In this document: positions 1-13,410 of the stretch, piece after piece
Layout of the letters: each line of letters opens with the position of its first letter
How positions within the stretch are numbered: the stretch's first letter is position 1
Assembly (NCBI GenBank): GCA_951406725.2
Contig: OX597817.1
Location: 130,200,001 to 130,264,000, forward strand
Length of the DNA: 64,000 nt
Direction of reading: 5' to 3'
From: Octopus vulgaris
Taxonomy: Eukaryota
Position numbers and translations under genes: made by a program
Notes under the pieces: model-generated
What the model saw: the letters and a program-made list of their open reading frames with translations, nothing else
What the model was told of the DNA's origin: nothing
The model's database searches: none

Positions 1-410
1 TGGGGCCGTGGGATATGTAACGCAGGGCCTAAATACCAATCTTGAGAAATTAGGCTTCTCAAAACCAGAAAAGAGAAAGCTAATTCGAAGACTACAGATC
101 CAATCCATCACTGGAACTGTAAAAAATCTGTAGAACTTGACAGAAGTTTATCATTTAGATATATATGAGCATGTCTAGATATGCAACTATGTGCATAAGA
201 ATACATGCATAAAACATACATACATACATGCATGCATACATACATACATACATACATACATACATACATACATACATACATACATACATACATACCCTGT
301 TGTTGATGTTTAAATTCTAATGAAGGAATCTTGGATCTAGATTAGAAACCGGGTCTTTCTCTATTGGCAAGACACCCTGAAATAAAACTAAACAATGACA
401 TACATACACA
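1..410 (+). mobile_element. 3' end of an RLE-type (R4/Dong-like) non-LTR retrotransposon, (CATA)n-associated family, copy 1
   Basis: Translates GAVGYVTQGLNTNLEKLGFSKPEKRKLIRRLQIQSITGTV, the C-terminus downstream of a restriction-like endonuclease. The 3' UTR (..GAAACCGG..AATAAAAC..AATGACATACATAC) is shared with the copies at 6360, 33365, 39336 and 53795. Confidence 0.75.
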
Positions 411-729
411 AGGTGGAGTCATTGTGACCTAAGACTGAACCATTAGTCAAAGCTCACCTGAATTCAACGTAATTAATGCATTTGTGTGCGTACATATTTG
501 CATTTATGCAAATGTGTGCCTTGTGTGTGTGTGTGTGTGTGTGTCTATCAATATCTATGCAAACAAATGTGTGCGTGCGCGTGCGCGCGGTTTTGTATTT
601 TGTGTCTGTGTGTTTGTGTGGATATATTTGTGTCTGTCTGCGTGGGGGTGGTTGTAAGTGCCTGAATATGTATGCTTAGTGTCTCCTTATAACGATTAAA
701 AAATGTCACGATCAGTTAATATTCACACG

Positions 730-903
730 CTATTGTTGTTGTTGTTGCTGCTGCTGCTATTGCACTGCCACCACTACTACTACTACTATACTTATTATTT
801 GTAAAAACCTGTTTATCCAGTTTTATCGATCGGTTGCTAATTGCAACATTTTAACTATTATATAATTTCTATAGAATATCACTGGCATTTCAGTGCCATT
901 GCG

Positions 904-937
<34 letters not shown>

Positions 938-994
938 ATACTACTGCTGCTGCTGCTGCTGCCACTACTACTACTACTACTACTACTACTGTTG

Positions 995-1069
<75 letters not shown>

Positions 1070-1105
1070 GCAATAACAATAATGATGATGATGATGATGA
1101 TGTTT
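730..1105. repeat. compound trinucleotide microsatellites (TTG/CTG/CTA/AAT/GAT)n
   Basis: Directly visible; source of the poly-T/N/L/S ORFs. Confidence 0.95.
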
Positions 1106-1212
1106 TCATTTTTTTGACACAAGGGCAAAGTATGAGGGGAACAATACAAAGACAGACAAAGTGTGGCGGTTTACATATAATGGAATGATAAAAGAGAATG
1201 TAAGAAATAAAT

Positions 1213-1213
1213 A

Positions 1214-1277
<64 letters not shown>

Positions 1278-1985
1278 AAAAGAGGGGACACATGCATAGC
1301 ATACAAAAGTTTAAAAAGAAAGAAAGTGGTGGGGAGGATGATAGAGGTGTGGCCCTCCTGATACAAGAAGGCCTCTAGGGATAATCGAGGAACCCCACTG
1401 TCCGAGATTTCCCTGAAACAACAGGAGCAAGTGCTATCTCCAGTTCCTTCTCTCCGACTCATAGGTCTATGCTTAGAGAGGTACCATCCACTCTTGCCAT
1501 TTTCGCAATTTTCACCCACCTTTCAGTAAACTCATTCGAGAATAGCACTTCTCTTTCCATTCTCAATATCTTTTTCAAGTGAAACTTGAAGAGTCAATGA
1601 GAGCTCTACCAAAGAGGAATGTATCTGTCCCCATGCCTTTGAGCCTTGTCCACCGAACAACCCCTTTCGCTCAGGCACCAGGCAAAGGAAAACTGCCTTG
1701 CTTCCCCGATTGAAGGAGAGCGACGGTGCGATCATCACAACAGACTCGGCCGACAGACGGATCCGTCTCACACGTGACAGTAGCTGTTCGACATAACTCC
1801 AGAAGTCAGCAATGCCCGGATGCTGAACGAGGGTGTGCAGAACGGTTTCGTCACTCTGTACGCACCTCGGACAAGCTCATCTGACAGCACAACCGTGCCT
1901 GCAGAGTTTATTTCGAACCGGTAGTTTTCCCGGTAGCACTGCCAGGCCAAGGACATCTGGAAATTATCCATAATAGTTCCCGGCA
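1213..1985 (-). mobile_element. Tx1/L1-group LINE 3' fragment (decayed ORF2 C-terminus, zf-RVT region) ending in (TTTC)n
   Basis: Minus strand with frameshifts reads DNFQMSLAWQCYRE/LPVRNKLCRHGCAVR*ACPRCVQSDETVLHTLVQHPGIADFWSYVEQLL, the CxxC..ETxxH zinc-binding motif of L1/Tx1 ORF2. The ORF ends near 1460, followed by a 3' UTR and (GAAA)n at 1213-1277. Confidence 0.8.
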
Positions 1986-2437
1986 ACAATAATAATAATA
2001 CTTCAATGTCAGAGAATTCCCGACAATAACAACAACAGCAACAACAACAGCAGCAACAACAACAACAACAACAACAATAATAATAATTCAATGTCAGAGA
2101 ATACACCGCGTGTCACTTTTAATAAAATAACTGATGATGGCTTCTGACTTCTGTAAGAAGTCACTGTATCGTGTTTTATAAAATACATATCTTTACTCCT
2201 AAAAGAATACGGCAGCATCTGCGGAGGTATCAGTAGTATCAATCAACAAGTGTGTGTGTGCGTGAAGAAGTGATTAGTGATTTGGGCGTTGGGCTGATGA
2301 TCGTGGTGTAACATATTCGATTGCTGGGCCAGATAGCACGACGTAACCTTGTGCAAGTTATTTCATTTCCCATTAATTTAGTCTTCTCAACTGGAAAGGT
2401 ATACTAGTCGTCTGTTACTGCGTCTTCTCCTCACCTT

Positions 2438-2496
<59 letters not shown>

Positions 2497-2750
2497 CTCT
2501 CTTTCTAATTATCACATCCTAGCAGTTCCAGTGGGTCAAAGATGGGCGGGTTGAAAGGAATTCTATGTCTGCTTGTGACTTGGCAGGCACTGGAAACAAC
2601 TAGCGAAAGCGTGTGCGAGTGACAGTAGCCTTTTACATATACGTGCGTGGTGAACGTATGCGTGTGCAAACATGCGTGTGTGTGTGTGTGTGTGTGTGTG
2701 TATACACACATATATATGTGAGTGTGTGTGTATGTGTGCGTGAATATATT

Positions 2751-2782
<32 letters not shown>

Positions 2783-2786
<4 letters not shown>

Positions 2787-3330
2787 GGGCTTGTGTGATT
2801 GTGTATAGAGGGATATATATTTTTCAAAGGAATTCCAACTCTATTTTTTATGTTTTATTTATGTTCTTTATAATATTAATGTAGAATATAGAATATATAG
2901 TATAAATAGTATATATAGTAAAATGAAATGAAGTATTGATTGTCTTATTAAATAGACGAAATATTGTATATCAATATATATATATAATCGTTCTCAGCCG
3001 AAAGACGCCTGTGGTTATTTCTTGTTGTTGTATTCGTAATTGTGTACCATGTTCTCCGTTTTTTTCCGTCTTTGTTGCCATACTCATTCGCTAGCTTTCT
3101 TACAAAGGGTTTTAATGCTCTTAGTTTAGACTTTTGGTGGGACAACCAGATCGAACCATCTCAAGTGTAACTGTCCGAAATGGTCGTGACTTCTGTTACT
3201 TGACTGATGAAAGAAAGACAAGAATGACCCGTCTTTTTTGCCTGTCCTTCTAATTGTTGTTATTTTTGTCCGCCTTTGTGTCGTCTATCTGTCCGAACGT
3301 TTTAATGCCCTCTATTGCATTTTTGTTCCA
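2783..3330. repeat. Penelope-terminus-like dispersed repeat bounded by (TA)n
   Basis: 2790-2875 (TGTGTGATTGTGTATAGA..AATTCCAAC..GTTTTATTTA) matches the terminus of the Penelope element at 16580-16670. Confidence 0.45.
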
Positions 3331-3493
3331 TATATATATATATATATATATGAAACAAAAATGCAATATATATATATATGAATATATATATATATATATA
3401 TATATACCTCCCTGCTTCCATTTCCTGAGCGCCTATTAATAATAATACTGTAATTGTTCCATTGTTGTTGTTTTTTTGTTTCCCGTTTGGATT

Positions 3494-3538
<45 letters not shown>

Positions 3539-3614
3539 CACACACACATATGTGTTTGTGTGTGCATATGTATGTGTTGTGTTCGTACGTATATGTCTAT
3601 CTGTATATGTATGC

Positions 3615-3910
3615 ATTTCTTCAAGCTTTTAATTTATTAGAATTTTTCCTACAAATAAAGAGCTGGTTTCTGACAGAGAAACGGAAGTTCCATTACTGGA
3701 GCGACAGTGAGAGCTGCTACATATTGAGCTTAAAAAGGGTTAGCATACTTTTGTTGCTTCACTTAGAGATTGTATTTGTGAAAGTGCGTAAAAGGTGTTT
3801 TCTTTCTATACATAAAAATCCTAGCTTTTCAATTTGTCACTCAGACATTTTCGAACATAACCAAGTGCATGAATGTTTATTGACTCAAATGTGAATTTAT
3901 AATTTGGGTA
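3615..3910 (-). mobile_element. diverged copy of the (CATA)n-associated RLE retrotransposon 3' end
   Basis: Minus-strand YPNYKFTFESINIHALGYVRKCLSDKL matches PDYEFRFIHVIIGTLGYVTNCL of the 33.7-kb copy. The 3' UTR carries AGAAACCAGCTCTTT and ends in degenerate CATA. Confidence 0.6.
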
Positions 3911-4265
3911 AAACCACCAATAGAAGAGAATATGACGAAAAACTGTGTACTCCATGTCATGCAGCTGTGATAGGTTATACAATGGTGAAACATGCCGCCC
4001 ACTCAAAATAAGGGTAGACGAACATCGTAAAGCTGTGACAGAGGGAGATATTGATAAATTGGGTATAGCTGATCAGGTATGAAAAAAATGGAGAACACCT
4101 CCCCCTGTGGGAGGAAATTAAAATGATAGACAGAGAACACCACTAGAAAATACGAAAACTAAAAGAAGCAGCACATATGCTAGGACACAACAACCTCCTA
4201 AGCAGACCGAGTGCAGATATGAATAGCATATGGGAACCGGTATTAAGGAAGGATAGGAGAATATT
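3908..4265 (+). mobile_element. Penelope-like (Poseidon-type) GIY-YIG endonuclease fragment, decayed
   Basis: Reads (with a frameshift and stops) NC/VYSMSCSCDRLYNGETCRPLKIRVDEHRKAV..GIADQV..W..IKMIDREHH*KIRKLKEAAHM..MNSIWEPVL. Confidence 0.8.
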
Positions 4266-6258
4266 AGATTTATAAGCCTTAAAAATTCAATATATATACA
4301 CTGGTGTGCCATGAGACGATGCTAGGTGTGTTTGAATATAATTTTTTCCCCAAAACTTTTAGTTATACTTTTAGTTCAGGTGCGCCGCCGAATTTTGAAA
4401 AGAATATAAATGTACTGCAAGTGAAAAAAGACTGCGAAGCACTGCTTTAGATCAGGAAGTGAGAGTTTCTCGAAAAGTTTCATTACCGACTCGATGGATG
4501 TATTTCACTTCATTTTGGTATTTATTTTCATTGCAATTGTTTAGTATGTGCTGGATGAATGTTATGACACGGCACTCGAAGGCTATTTGTACTGATCAAA
4601 AGCCTCTTCCTCTCTCTTCGCTGTGGTTTTAAAATCTATCAATATTATTGTTTCTGTGGAAGTATATATATATCGTACGTATGCACGTTCGTACATATGT
4701 TTGTAAACCACATGTTACGTTATTGCATAATTCGGTTTCATTGCATGAGATTGAAGATCGATTTTAAGTAAAATATTGGCAAAATGTAGAATAAATTAAC
4801 ATTTTATTTGATATAGATGAAATGATACTAGAAGCTTCCGTTTTCATAGTGAGTTAAAATAACATTTCTCAGTACTTTGTGTTTACAATCAACAGATGCC
4901 AAAGAGTTAAATGTAGCCAAATTATTCTTACCATTTCAATGAATTAAATTTACAAAGTTTAGTTTCCGCTTATTATTTTAAATGTGCAATCTCATTTTAA
5001 ATGTGCAATCAGAGTCTTCGGTATATAGATCTTCATTTAGATAGAATTTTCAGAAGTATTATTTGATCTAAATTAGTTTATAGGCGTTATTGATTGTTTT
5101 GATTATTAGCGACATTAGCTTAAGATTGACCCAAATATATATTTTCTTCTATGTCCTGAAACTTCTAATTTTTATGATAGCATAATTGGAAGTGAATTAA
5201 AGTTAATGTCGGGACATATGTGTCTAGTTAAGCTCAAGTAACTGAAAAATATCAAAGAAAATTTATGAACCCTCATAAGGGATACATCAAACGATTTTCA
5301 TTCCAATATACGGTAATAAAAATTACAGCCTGGAATTGAACAGAGTATTTGTGAATGTCTTCTTCACAGCATAAAATTGATTCCACACTTCCAACTATTT
5401 TGCCACACAGAATGTTTCTCGTGGGATAATGAGTAAAAAGACATAGCAGTCGTGGTTAAGACGTGTAAACATTATTTAAGGATTTCAGTAATTGAAAAAT
5501 ATCAGAGATAATTTGTAAACAATCAAGGATTCATTTACTATAACTCTTTAACATAACGGCTACTAATTGTTTGTGGTAGCCACAATATCGAACGATAAGA
5601 CTGAGCTTTTGGGAATTATTAGGGCTATGCATCATTGACTTAGAACGCCCACAATACAAAATTCACATTTTATCATGAAGATAGGTTACTCATTTCCTGA
5701 GGTATGAAGGACCACAGAATAACTACTGCTAGAAAGAGCTCATTAATATATATTAATATATATTAAAATAGTTTGACAGAAGATAAGAATCTAAGTGTAG
5801 CTAAGATGCAGCCGAAGGGATAGGAATCTAAGTGTAGCCTATATTTAGGTGCTTGTAAATAAACCAAACAATAAACCCCCACCAACTGCCCAATTATTCC
5901 AAGGAACTTTATTAAATGCTTGTCCATCTTATCCTTTCACGAGATATTCTTTAAACGTGCAGCTCGCTATTTCAATGACTCATTAAAAGACATTACCTTC
6001 AAAATTAGAATACAATAAATACAAAACAAAGCTAATACTTAAAAAATACGAGAAACGGGAAATTAAATATCGTATGGTATAATCTTGTACAGATTTAAAA
6101 GTTTGTGTCAATGTTGTCAGAATTCTAAAATCTACATTTTCTGGTGACCGAAGCTATCATAAAATCATTTATAGCTTTCACGTTAGGGTAAGCTACAGTT
6201 TCACCAAAACCTTTGCTGATCCCATAACCAGCCATCTAAAGGACATTTAATCTGCACA

Positions 6259-6480
6259 TACATGCATACATACATACATACATACATACATACATACATA
6301 CATACATACATACATACATACATACATACATACATGCATACATGCATACAAACAAACAAAAATACCCTGTTATTGATCTTGAATTTCCAATGAAGGAATC
6401 TTGAATCTAGGTTAGAAACCGGTTCTTTCTCTATTGGCAAGAAATCTTGAAATAAACTGAATAATGATATACATACATAG
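6259..6480 (+). mobile_element. (CATA)n tract plus isolated 3' UTR of the RLE family
   Basis: 6360-6480 matches 293-410 and is flanked by CATA repeats. Confidence 0.7.
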
Positions 6481-6762
6481 GTTTTTCGTAAAAAGAGCAA
6501 AAGAAACTGTCTCGCGTTCTCCAAATCCAATCTATAAGCGGAACAATGAGGATTTTTAAGACGTTCCAAAGATTCTCCAACTGAGATTAGATGCACAGAC
6601 CCAAGTGCGTGCATTGACAGCTCAAGCAACACACCAATTCAACCATATATTTACAAACACTGGGAACTCTCTTAACTCAAAAAGTTTAGTTGTTTTGTTA
6701 GTGACCGGCTTGAATTCTCGTAAGAACTTAAATAGAATTCGAAGACACAGCATACACACTTA

Positions 6763-6915
6763 CACATACATACATACATACATACATACATACATACATA
6801 CATACATACATACATACATACATACATGCATACATACATACATACATACATACATACATACATACATACATACATACATACATGCATACATACATACATG
6901 CATGCATACATACAT
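6763..6915. repeat. (CATA)n microsatellite
   Basis: Directly visible. Confidence 0.95.
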
Positions 6916-7444
6916 GTCTGCAAGTCTCTGTCACTGCCCGGAAAATGGCTGTCGTTGATAACAATTTTTATTCCAACTCCTGTGATCTTCGTCGATTTTC
7001 TGAAAACATACAACATCAGCCAAAAGCTGCCATAGTGAAAAGAATAGCGATTAAAACCTAAATAAACCGTCACCCTTATCACCATAACCCAACTCTTATA
7101 TATCTCCGTGTGAAACTGATTCGACAGAAATTACTGTAGCATATTTATCAAAAGGTATTCAGCGCATCCTCAACTCCCTTCTTTCTACTAACCTTTTTAT
7201 TAGTCACCACCAGCAATAGTCTTGCCGGAATTAGTCGAGACAGATTGTTTAAATTTTGTATACAATGTATATACAGTCAATGGAGTTGTATTTTCCTGCC
7301 AAGTCTCCGTTTTCATTTTTCGCTATAAAATTTCCTGTGCTCTGGCAAGCCAATTTGTTATGTCAGTTTGGTTTTCCAAACAGTTTAAAACCATGCTTTG
7401 AAAACAATTTTACCATTTTGTCTCGGGTATATTCAAGCAACGTA

Positions 7445-7756
7445 GTGGAAGTGCAATGGCCCAGTGGTTACGGCAACGGACTCGAGGTTGTAGGATCGCG
7501 GTTTCGATTCCCAGACCGAGCGTTGTGAGTGTTTATTGAGCGAAAACACCTAAAAGCTCCATGAGGCTCCGGCAGGGGGTGGTGGCGATCCCTGCTGTAC
7601 TCTTTCGCCACAACTTTCTCTCACTCTTTCTTCTGTTGGCCTGCTCGCTTAGCCAGCGGGGTGGCGTCATTTGAAGGCTAAAACAATGCGAAGCGCATTG
7701 TGACCAGCGATGTATAGCAACATCTGATAGCCTAGTCGGTCACGGTGATCACGGTG
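7445..7756 (+). mobile_element. full-length tRNA-derived SINE (family A) with 16-bp TSD
   Basis: A box TGGCCCAGTGG and B box GTTTCGATTCC; (CACGGTGAT)2 tail; TSD ATATTCAAGCAACGTA at 7429-7444 and 7757-7772; second copy at 60095-60382. Confidence 0.9.
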
Positions 7757-7821
7757 ATATTCAAGCAACGTACTATTTTTGGCGGAAATTATAAAAAAAG
7801 AGATTCATATGATAAGGATTA

Positions 7822-8031
7822 CAGTAATCCCTCGCCATATCGCGGTTTATTATTTAAGCTTGCGTCGATTCTTCCGTGGTGTTGTTTTGCATTTATAATA
7901 AAATAAATATATACATATTATAAAAATAATAATTAAAAAATCTACAGTACAGTACTGTTTCTACTTCGCGAATTTTCATCTATCACGGGGTTTTTTGGAA
8001 CGTAACACCCGCGATAGTCGAGGGATTGCTG
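7822..8031. mobile_element. Tc1/mariner-superfamily (Tigger-like) MITE
   Basis: TIR CAGTAATCCCTCG...CGAGGGATTGCTG with TA on both sides; related copy at 20728-20841. Confidence 0.8.
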
Positions 8032-8547
8032 TATTAACGATATCGTTGAAGATCAGATGAAAATATATGACAATAGCATCGACTAATTAATACCTGCTTG
8101 TATGCAGCAAATATTTCTCTGAAGAAACCCTTTTGAGATACCTCCAGTACATGTGATAATGAAATAACTCCATATGAAAAACACAGGTGAATATCAACAG
8201 CCTGCATTGCAGAATCATAGGACATTTAATTAGCACCATAAGGTGATTAATTAGTTCATAGCACTAAAGAAAATATATAAACAAAATGGTTAGCTAGAAT
8301 GTAGAAAGACTCTGCACTCTAAACTCTCACGGGGTGGCGGAGGAGTTAATTACTTCTGAACATGATCCCAAACCACTGAGTGAAAAACTTTGTTATCGGA
8401 AGAAATATTTCCACGAGCCAGAATGAATCACAAATTCGCCTCTAATCTACAATTACGTTCAAACACACTCACAGACACACACACAACATATACATACCAC
8501 ATATATAATCATATGTATGTATGTATGTATGTATGTATATTATGTAT

Positions 8548-8666
<119 letters not shown>

Positions 8667-9153
8667 TCTAATGCTGACTGTCGAGAGCAACAGTACTCGG
8701 CACCACAGAAGTGATTTAAAATATTTTTATTTTGGTTGAGCAAGTCTTTTACATTCATAGGGTTGACGATGTAAATGTACAGATGAGACTCTCCAGAGCA
8801 GCAAGAGACTGATTTGACCAAAGCTGTAAACTGGAAGAGGAAAAAAAATACATCTTTATAAAAAGTGTTCGATCAAAAGATTTTTTCTTGGGACGAAACT
8901 CATTTCTGGCTTGAAATTTAAAATGAAATGAAGGAGATTGCGCCAACATCAGCAGTGAATCTTACACTATCAGCTTTAAAACTCGTTGAAGTTGTTTGAA
9001 GATGGATTAAAGGAAAGCACCTGAAAGAGCTCTAATAGTTCGATACTGTTGCAAGCTGATAATTTCTACAGAAAGTCAGTGATATGTATATTTAAAACAA
9101 CTATGGAAGGCAAGACTGTTGCACCAATTTAGCGAATCATAAAGAGAAATATT

Positions 9154-9364
9154 TTTCTATTATATGCACAAGGCCAGCAATTTCGGAGAAGGGGATAGTT
9201 TATTACATTGACTCCAGTGTTCAACTGGCTTTTATTTTATCAACCCCGAAAGGATGAAAAGCAAAATCGACCTCGGCAGAATTTGAACTCAGAACGTAAA
9301 GATAGACGACACGTCGCTAAGCATTTTGCCCGGCGTGCAAACGATTCTATCAGCTTGCCGCCTT
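9154..9364 (-). mobile_element. tRNA-derived SINE (family B)
   Basis: Minus strand starts AAGGCGGCAAGCTG and carries the B box GAGTTCAAATTC and the core TTTCATCCTTTCGGGGTTGATAAAATAA; same family as 36567 and 38309. Confidence 0.8.
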
Positions 9365-9939
9365 TATTTTAACCAAGAATAAAAACTCACTTGACAGGAA
9401 GCTATAGGCTTTTTATATTATATACAAATTTTGCACAATATATCAGAAGTAATTTCTCCATGACCATTGTCTGTCCAACAAAGGAATGACTGATGAGCAG
9501 GCTGGAAGGAAGTGACTAGTTTGTCGCAGCTTTTGATAAATAAAGCTGATCTGTCTAAAGTAAGAAAACACATTAATATGGTTTGCTCGCAGAAAGGTGT
9601 TCAGTTTTATTTCTTATTTGTGGTTGCTGGACTCATTACTGTTGACAAAAATACCTACTACCTAGTTGCTATCAATCCTCATACCTGTAAATGAAAGCAG
9701 AACTATAGTTTCTACTACTACAAATATTTCAAAAGGAGTATCCCAAGGAAATCGTCTTTACTTTTTTTAAAATTTGGTATTGAATCGATAATCAGTTATT
9801 TTATAACATCTAGTAGTTGTGTTTTAAGCTTTTCAACAGCAATATAGCCAAATGATGGAACCTACAATTTCTGTGTCGACGTTCTATATTGCATGTATTT
9901 AAAATACTGAGAAACCATCGGATAATAATAACATGATAA

Positions 9940-10126
9940 AATATGATAATAGTGAAATTGTTGTATACATTACTCAGGTGCACTACAACTAAAATAAAAA
10001 GTAAAAACAGGGGTACAGTTGGCGAATTTCAGGAAGTATGGCAGTTTTGAAGGATGTAGTGTCTCGGCAGCTGACGACTGATGTGGGTAGTTCATTCCAT
10101 GCTTCAGCAAGTCTGAGCGTGAAAAT
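9940..10126 (-). mobile_element. CR1/L2-group LINE extreme 3' fragment
   Basis: Minus-strand FTLRLAEAWNELPTSVVSCRDTTSFK fits the WNxLPxxVV..FK C-terminal motif of CR1-group ORF2. Confidence 0.65.
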
Positions 10127-10759
10127 TCAAGTAACATTTTCAATTAATTTATAGGGATAGAATTTGGTCCCCCAAAATGTTCATATTTAACAGATAAACG
10201 CAGAAAAAACTGTTTTTCAAACCCCAAACTTTTACATCAATCTTCAGTCTATCTCACCTGTTCCACACAAGTGCTGCAACTGATCAAATGTTGACTTCCA
10301 GTACACTCTAATATTTCATTTATAGATGCCAAAAGGATGAAAAGTACAGTTAGCTTCGGTTTCATTTGAACTCATCAAAGATGGAGCATATAGCGCCAGA
10401 CATACTACCCGATGGTCTTACAACCTAGCCAATTAGCGACCTCTAAAAATAATATAGGTGACGGGGAGATAATTGAAAGGACAGTTGTGAATGCTTTAAA
10501 GAAGTTAATGGAATGAGAAGGGGTCAGCGCCTTTGAACTCTTCAGACACTCCTACTACAACTTCTTCCAACTGCTTCATCCACCCTCTTCTCCTAACCGC
10601 CTCCTCCTCCCGCTTCTCCCAACCGTTTCCTCCTCCTCCTAGACTGGTGAGAGAGATATCGATATCCCCTCTTGAAGCTCTGTAGGTAAATGTCTGCAAG
10701 GAGCGTGGCACAAGAAGGGAATCGGCGGCCGCTGGCTGAACGCTTTTAACGCATTCGTA

Positions 10760-11750
10760 GCCACCACCAGCACCACCACCACCACTATCACTACCATTAC
10801 CTCCTCCACAACGACGACCACCACCTCTGTCAGCAACAACGACGACCACCGCCACTGTCAGCAACAACACTAACACCACTAATACCATCCTTACTACTAG
10901 TACCATTACTACTACCACCACCACCACTATAACCACTACTGACACTATCACCACTACCACCACTATCACCATTACTACCACCAACACAATAACAACGATG
11001 CTAACAACACTAACACTACTACTGCACATACTGACAACGATTGCACACCAACACTACAAATACCACCTGGAGCTGACGTGGGAAACTCAAGTGGTCACGC
11101 GATCGAATCGCCCCTAAATTGAACTTTAGTCTTAAATAGCAAAAAGGGGATCGTGGAATAAAATGTGATACTACGTTGCATGTGCACGAAAATAAACAGG
11201 ATGGTCATGGTTGGAATGCCTTTAATAGTCGGAATGATCGGCTAACAATATCGATAACCACTTCCACCACCACCACCACCACCAATACCAGAGCTGGTCT
11301 GACATTAAACACTTATAGCACATCATCACCACCACAAATACCACCACTACAACCACGAGCACCACCACTACCACCACTACAACCACCACTACCACCACGA
11401 CGAGCATCAACACCCTAACCCTAACCACAACTACCAGTGCTATACAATTGCTACCGCCACCACCAAAACCACCACTGCTACTGCACCTACATAACAACTA
11501 CCACCTCCATTACCACTACCACAACCTTCCTTCCACATCTCCCGTTTCACCACAGCCACCATCACTACTAACCACTAACACCACCACCGCCTCTACAACG
11601 ACAATCACCGCTACCACCACAACAACTACCACTGCAAGACAACTGTCACCATCACCACTTCCATTACCACCACCACAACCACTACCATCACCACCACCAA
11701 CATAACTACAATTGCCACCGCTGCCATCCTCACCACCACCACCACCACAT
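10760..11750. repeat. degenerate (ACC/ACT/ACA)n trinucleotide low-complexity region
   Basis: Directly visible; interrupted by a dispersed repeat fragment at about 11070-11235. Confidence 0.85.
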
Positions 11751-12192
11751 TGTCAACTATGTTATTACGATCTACAAACGGGACCATATTATTAGTGAAC
11801 TAAAAATTCCCATGCTTTGCACTACGTCACCGACCAAGAAATACTAACACCACAATTGCTAATCAAATAGCTAAGATATTTGCCTATACATCATCACGTC
11901 CACACGTCATCAGACAAACCACCGTCTGCGCTTATTGTTCAAACCGGGAGCTGAGAGGGAAGGAAACTGGAGAGAGGGGTGGGAAAATGTATAGTTTTAT
12001 ATTTACAGACGGAACAATCATAACACTGCACCGGTTTTATCTGAATGATTAAAACAATAGAGCGTTTACAGTGCCTAGTTTATGTAGGCGGAATGTTTGT
12101 ATGTTTGTGTATGCGTGTATCTTTTATACGTCTTTTGTATCGCCAGTCTCCTTTCTCTCTCCCTCTCTCTTTCTCTCTCCCTCCATACATAA

Positions 12193-12228
<36 letters not shown>

Positions 12229-12294
12229 CCGCATGTGTATCGTTGGCGATTTTCTTTCTCCGACTTCCCTTCCTTGGACCTTTCCTTTTTCTAT

Positions 12295-12329
12295 GTTTCT
12301 AACGAAGAGCTCCGCTCGAAACGTTAAAT
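12295..12329 (+). ncRNA. minimal type I hammerhead ribozyme motif (Penelope pLTR type), core G5>A
   Basis: GTTT-CTAACGA-A-GAGC tcc GCTC-GAAA-CG-TT-AAAT: stem II GAGC/GCTC, palindromic AACGTT helix III, one core mismatch. Confidence 0.55.
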
Positions 12330-12427
12330 CCTCCTTCTTTCTTTCCTTTCCTGAACGTCCAATAACACTATACTTGTTCCACGCCCATGCGTTGTTGTGT
12401 TTTCTCTTTGTTCATGTTTGTAGTAAC

Positions 12428-12490
<63 letters not shown>

Positions 12491-13029
12491 ATTGTTGTAT
12501 TTCGGGATGGTCGTATTTTTTTCCCAAATAAACACACGCACCACATATTTGTTCTTCACTCGTTTATACTGTGTATCCTTACGTGCGCATGCGTTTGCGT
12601 CCGTGTTTCTGTATGTGTGCGTGTGTGTTTATGAGTGTGTATGTGTGTGTGTATGCTTGTGCGTGTATCATTGCTCTTAGTACCAGTATAACCCTCCCCT
12701 CAGCCCCATCCTCTCACCCTGTTGGCTCTACTACTATCCTAGAACCCGAAAATTTGATACTGTTCCTGTATCTCTCTGTATTTCTGTGTTCGCTAAACGC
12801 TGTTGCCATCGTGGTAGTTGTTCTTATTGCCATCGTTGTCACCGCTAATGCTGCTGTCGTTGTTAGTCCTGTTGTTGATCTTGTTGCTTCCGTCTGTGAA
12901 GTTATTGTGTGAGTTTGTGTGTGTATATGGGTTCGCTTCTTATGTTATTTGTATCCATGCTCTTTACATTAGATTTATTTATTTACTTATTTATCTTTGT
13001 TACTTATATTTATCACAGGTATGTGACTA

Positions 13030-13105
<76 letters not shown>

Positions 13106-13229
13106 AAAGGGTAAATAATTTTTTCGATGGTTTTTCCGACAACCAACAATTATTTACGGTAGATTTCGGTATGTAAATATGACGTTTAGCGTCGGGAACT
13201 TCTGTGGAGTTCAGTATATATATAGTATA

Positions 13230-13390
13230 TAAGTAAAAGGGCAGGCAACAGGTTGCTCTGGCGCATACCGAAAGAATTAGAAATAGCAGTCAGAGACTGT
13301 TTATTTCCATTTTCTACAAGTGGGGACTCCATATACGACATAACTCTGCAATTCACATACGGTATGCGGCAGAGCAACCTGTTTTACTTA
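13230..13390. mobile_element. small foldback MITE inside (TA)n
   Basis: TAAGTAAAA..AACAGGTTGCTCTGGCGCATACCG is inverted relative to CGGTATGCGGCAGAGCAACCTGTTTTACTTA. Confidence 0.65.
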
Positions 13391-13410
13391 TATATATATA
13401 TATATATATA

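Noticed and set aside
310-360. Hammerhead-like TGAAGG..GAAACCGG in the RLE 3' UTR
   Set aside because: None of the copies has CUGANGA (consensus CCAATGA) and helix I is absent.
3170-3225. GAAA followed by CTGATGA (also 20380-20425), possible type II hammerhead
   Set aside because: Helices I and II cannot be paired convincingly.
7445-7520. tRNA-like sequence (also at 60310-60382 and other SINE heads)
   Set aside because: It continues into a SINE body with tail and TSD; no complete cloverleaf.
10505-11029. 174-aa Val/Gly-rich ORF with GC-rich middle
   Set aside because: Mostly trinucleotide low complexity; no domain recognised.
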